Shown piece after piece: positions 60,136 to 64,000 of a stretch of DNA of 64,000 bases (positions are counted from its first letter, which is position 1; every line of letters starts with the position of its first letter). A model generated the notes under the pieces. That model worked only from the letters and a program-made list of their open reading frames with translations. It searched no databases and was not told the DNA's origin. The position numbers were made by a program, and so were the translations under genes. The stretch lies in NCBI GenBank assembly GCA_002269645.1, contig NIVC01002490.1, positions 1 through 64,000 on the forward strand. Direction: 5' to 3'. This DNA is from Macrostomum lignano (taxonomy: Eukaryota).

Positions 60136-62269
60136 CTATAAGCTTGTGGCTTAGAAATGAGGGGAAAAAATTAAAAATGGAACAATATAGGACAATTCTT
60201 AAGAAAAAGCAAGGATGATTAAGTAGTCTCCATGCTTAAATTGAGGTTTTAGAGGGGGGTCACTAGGAATTAAATTTATAGAACATTGATTCAAGAGCAC
60301 TGGTTCTTATAAATGTAGAGTAGGATTGGCATTTGGTTTAAGTATATTTCATTGAAAAAGAAATATAGATACTAGCCTATTACTTTTTGTTGAGGGCTAC
60401 TAAAAGGAAATTTTTACTAAAATATTTGTTTGTATTTAGTATTATTTGGTATTTGAATCTGTTTTATCAGATATTTAAATCAAATCAGTTGGAAATAAAG
60501 GAAAATAGTATTTTAATTAATGTTTATATATTAGATATGAGCTGGGTTTATTTTTTGTGCGTAAAGTATGCATATGCACCTTAAATTAAAAAATTGCACC
60601 CTGAAATTGAAATGTAGGTGCAGTTTAGGTGCGGTCTTATAACCTATTTTTCCATTAAAACCTCATTTGCACTGCTTTGAAATAAGAAAAAAGAGAAATT
60701 GCACTTTGAGCCTTACAATCGCACCATGAAAGTAAGCGCATTATAAGTTAAGGATAGGAAAAAAGCAAATTGGAATTTTGGAAAATAGATAATATAATTT
60801 AATTTCTATACTTTACATTTTTTACTTAATAATAGGTCTGAGCCATTTTAAAGCCAATGTCAACCTAAAGCCAAGGAGCTTATATTGCTAATAGCCAACA
60901 AGATGTTGACTATTTGCTAGTTGGCTATATATCGTGTATGGGCTCCTGAAGAAATTCTTGGGTCTATGAATGATGTCTTAAGACTCCAGCTATGCAGCAA
61001 CAGTGACTAAATAAAGAGAGAGCCCAGTTTGTTGACAGCTACTGCTGATCATTTCCTACCTGCAGGACACAGAAGGCCATCCCAAAGGGCAGTTTTTTTC
61101 CTGGGCAGCCATATCTAACCCTGTTGCAGCTGCTGAAGCTGCTGACTTATGCACTGCCTCGCCTTTACTGGGTGGCTCACTATTATTAGTAGGCCTAGGC
61201 CCTATTATTTAATTAATATTACTGATCTGACAATACTTACCTGACACACTTATTATAATATGCCTGCTACTCATATTCTGCCTGTTATGACCATTTCTGT
61301 GTGAAAAAAATGATAAATAATTTAACGCAGCAAACTAAGACTTAGAGATTCATTCATATTAAAATATGCCTTCATACGTAAAAATTAAGACAGACTGTGA
61401 GTCTGTAAATAGGTACCAGGTGACATTTTAGTCCGTTAGTTATAGCCAAGGCAAAAAATCTTAAACTCCATGGTGACATTGTGGACGTGACAACAAACAC
61501 TTAAAATTATGAATGTCAATGTTCCCAAGTCTAATCGGTGTGATCGTGTGATGTGATTGTCAATCAATCAATCAACTAATTCGACAACGACGATGATCTC
61601 TATTTTCACAACATGATTTAAAATAAAATCATTAGAAAATTGGAATTCTTTGTCTTGTTTGTTTAGACTATAAAATTTTAAATAATATATCTATTGTTGG
61701 CCTCGGCTAACCATAGTTTAGAAAAATGCACCTTTCTAAAAATATTGTTGCCTACGATTGTTTTAACGTCAGAAAAAGTACATTTGAGCGTAACTTTTTA
61801 TGCTTTTCATATTTACCGATTCCGGAACCAGAATCGATTCCGATCTTCAAAGAAAAGCAGTATAACTATTTAACTTTCTTGAATGTTTGACTGCCTTAAC
61901 AGCCTCACTTTGCACAATTTTTCACTTTCTTTTTTGCTATTATTTCATGCATTCAATAAATAAAACTTTAGCAAGTATATTCTAGTTTAGAAGACAAAAA
62001 TTTTTACTTTAGAAATTGGATCTGGTTCTAGAACCAGAACAAGCAATATTAAAAGGCCCATTTAGAGGCGGCTCGAAATGGGTATATGACAAATGATTCT
62101 CACAAATTGACTGCTACTACAAATGACGTCCAACAAAACTTTTGCCGTGTATAATATTGACTGCTGGCGGCAGAAATTCTTGCACATACAATATTTTGAC
62201 TGCGACCAATTAAAAATTAGATCGAATAGCAGAAAGTCAAGACAATAAAATGAATATATGGATTAATGC

Positions 62270-62810
62270 CTAGCTAATGCACGCCTATGCGATTTCGACG
62301 CGGCATCCTGCAGCAAGGCGCCACAGTGACGGCAGAATGGTACAGCACCGCGTCTGCTTGCCTCAGGTTCTGCAGGCGCTCGCACAGCAGCGGCCAAAAT
62401 GCTTGACAAAGGCATGTTCCTCCATCAGGACAGTGCTCCCGTGCACCGGGCACGAGTAACCCAGGAGTTCCTTCAGGCGATCCAGCTGCCGCATCCCGCA
62501 TATTCGCCGGACCTGGCGCCTGCTGACTTTTTCCTCTTTCCCAGGATGAAGAAAAATCTGAAGGGGAAGCGCTTCGACTCGAGGAAGGAGCTGGTTGTTG
62601 CGCTGCAAGCTGAGCTGGACTGAGCTTCAGCAAAGCTGATCTCAGGGGGTGCTTCGGCGCACATGGTTCCAGCGCCTGCAAAAGTGCTCCGATTTGGGTG
62701 AAAATTATGTTGAGAAGTTATAATAGACTGCAGTTGCTACAGGTAAAATTTCGCACAGAAGCAACAATCAGAATTGAACTTTTCCGGGAATTTAATCAGC
62801 ACCCCTCGTA
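62270..62810 (+). mobile_element. 5'-truncated mariner (DD34D-type) transposon remnant with right TIR and TA
   Basis: Frameshifted transposase C-terminus: QGATVTAEWY...LAQQRPKMLDKGMFLHQDSAPVH...HPAYSPDLAPADFFLFPRMK...(stop, shift)WFQRLQKCSDLGENYVEKL*. The element ends ...TTTAATCAGCACCCCTCG|TA (62808/62809-62810), the reverse complement of a TA|CGAGGGG mariner-type terminus. Confidence 0.88.
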
Positions 62811-63368
62811 TAGTCCCGTTCCAAAAAAGTCTAACAGAATTGAAGAAAAGTCGAACTTTCTTTCATGTTGGTTTCCCCATGAGACACATCTTAAGAAAGG
62901 CGACGTGAAATTCCAAATGTATGAACCATAGACCAATTAATGTGGCATTGAGATGTCGAAACGAGATGTCAATTAACATTAATTATGTACTTTTACTTTA
63001 ACATTCAAGGCTTTCTTGCATGTACTATATTGCAAATTTTACAATCCATGTACATGTAAACTGAAAATTTTAATCATTTGAAAATTTATCTATATGCCTT
63101 TTGTACTGTATGTACAACTGCATGTACAATTTGCATACCAAATCGTGTAAATCTTGATTGACAGCCTGATGAAAAAAAATAAACAAATAACACAAAAAAT
63201 GAATGTTTATCTTTTTCAAGCATTTGAAAAGAAGATGTTAACTGAAAAAGTCCCTTTTTATCGACGATTGACTGATTATAAGCATGCAGGCTTATGTTAT
63301 AACGATGCACACATTTTGAGGAAGCTTTGGCTGAACGAAGACGCGCGTGCATTGAACTTTTATATTGT

Positions 63369-63755
63369 TTAGCGGCAGTACTTGTTGTTGTCATTTGTCT
63401 TATCGTCGAGCGCGATTCGTACCTCATGAGCCTCGGCTGTCTCGCTAGGATTGTCTCGCCTAGATTGCTCCTGAGGATCCACGCCGTGACGCAGTCGCCG
63501 AAAACTCTTGATTAGTCCGCGCTTGACCCGTCTAAAACGAGAGCTCATCCAGTTGCTCTGCCGCCTGGGCTCCAAGTTCTCCGGTTGAGCTGATCTACTA
63601 CCTGCTGCTTGAGTTTGTACGCTGCTGTCAACGTTCGAGCCAGACTGCGGCACAGAAGCCGCGCTGGAGGCGGACATCACCGTGACTGGAGTGGACACAT
63701 CGCAACTGTCGAGCTCTCCGCCAGGGCTTGTTTGCGACCGACTCGCAAGCACATC
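63369..63755 (-). CDS. Possible terminal exon of an unknown gene extending beyond the window (128 codons to stop, Ser-rich with a basic amphipathic segment)
   Basis: GC-rich island in AT-rich flanks. The acceptor CCACCAG| at 63756-63758 is in frame with the ORF. No recognisable domain. Confidence 0.35.
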   Translation of the reverse strand, partial: DVLASRSQTSPGGELDSCDVSTPVTVMSASSAASVPQSGSNVDSSVQTQAAGSRSAQPENLEPRRQSNWMSSRFRRVKRGLIKSFRRLRHGVDPQEQSRRDNPSETAEAHEVRIALDDKTNDNNKYCR

Positions 63756-64000
63756 CTGGTGGATTGCGATTTATTGCATGTTTCATTCTATACTCAATGA
63801 AAAATGTTAAGGCTTGATGTTTTACAGCGAACGAATTTTAAGGACAAGAACAACTTTCCAACCAGTTTTGAAGAAGTATCGAGTACCATCAATACTTTTA
63901 AAAGAAATTACATGCAGATCCAATGGTTTATGGATATTACATACCGGCATGCATCTATACATTTGTGATCACACAAATTTCTGAATCTCATTCAACTACC

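Noticed and set aside
59340-62260. AT-rich region as a possible gene or transposon
   Set aside because: Only short ORFs, and no recognisable TIRs, LTRs or protein motifs by eye.
63769-63780. ATTTATTGCATG, resembling my recollection of the 3' end of the Macrostomum spliced leader
   Set aside because: Only 12 bp match, the upstream SL sequence is absent, and no GT donor or Sm site follows. Probably chance.

Overview
Eukaryotic (animal) genomic DNA. Compact, GC-rich, intron-poor coding exons sit among many different minisatellites. This style suggests a free-living flatworm such as Macrostomum, which is inference only. Plus strand: (i) the 3' ~15.4 kb of an intronless giant large-lipid-transfer protein (apolipophorin/ApoB-like, ending VWD-C8-VWA, >5,100 aa inside the window), broken near the window start by five frameshifts that are each repaired by adding one A to an AA; (ii) a neurensin-like gene. 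Minus strand: five co-oriented conserved genes, ANAPC16-like > mLST8 > SID-1/SIDT > TXNDC9 > CLPTM1L. I assembled their exon structures by hand. The four downstream genes each have a splice acceptor only 3-19 nt before the ATG while the first has none, so this is a candidate SL trans-spliced operon. Every intron and intergenic spacer holds its own tandem repeat. Also present: a 650-bp hAT-type MITE (15-bp TIRs, 8-bp TSD), a 156-bp near-perfect hairpin centred on GTCACGTGAC upstream of the cluster, a mariner remnant, and a short interstitial telomeric tract. No rRNA, tRNA or CRISPR features are supported.
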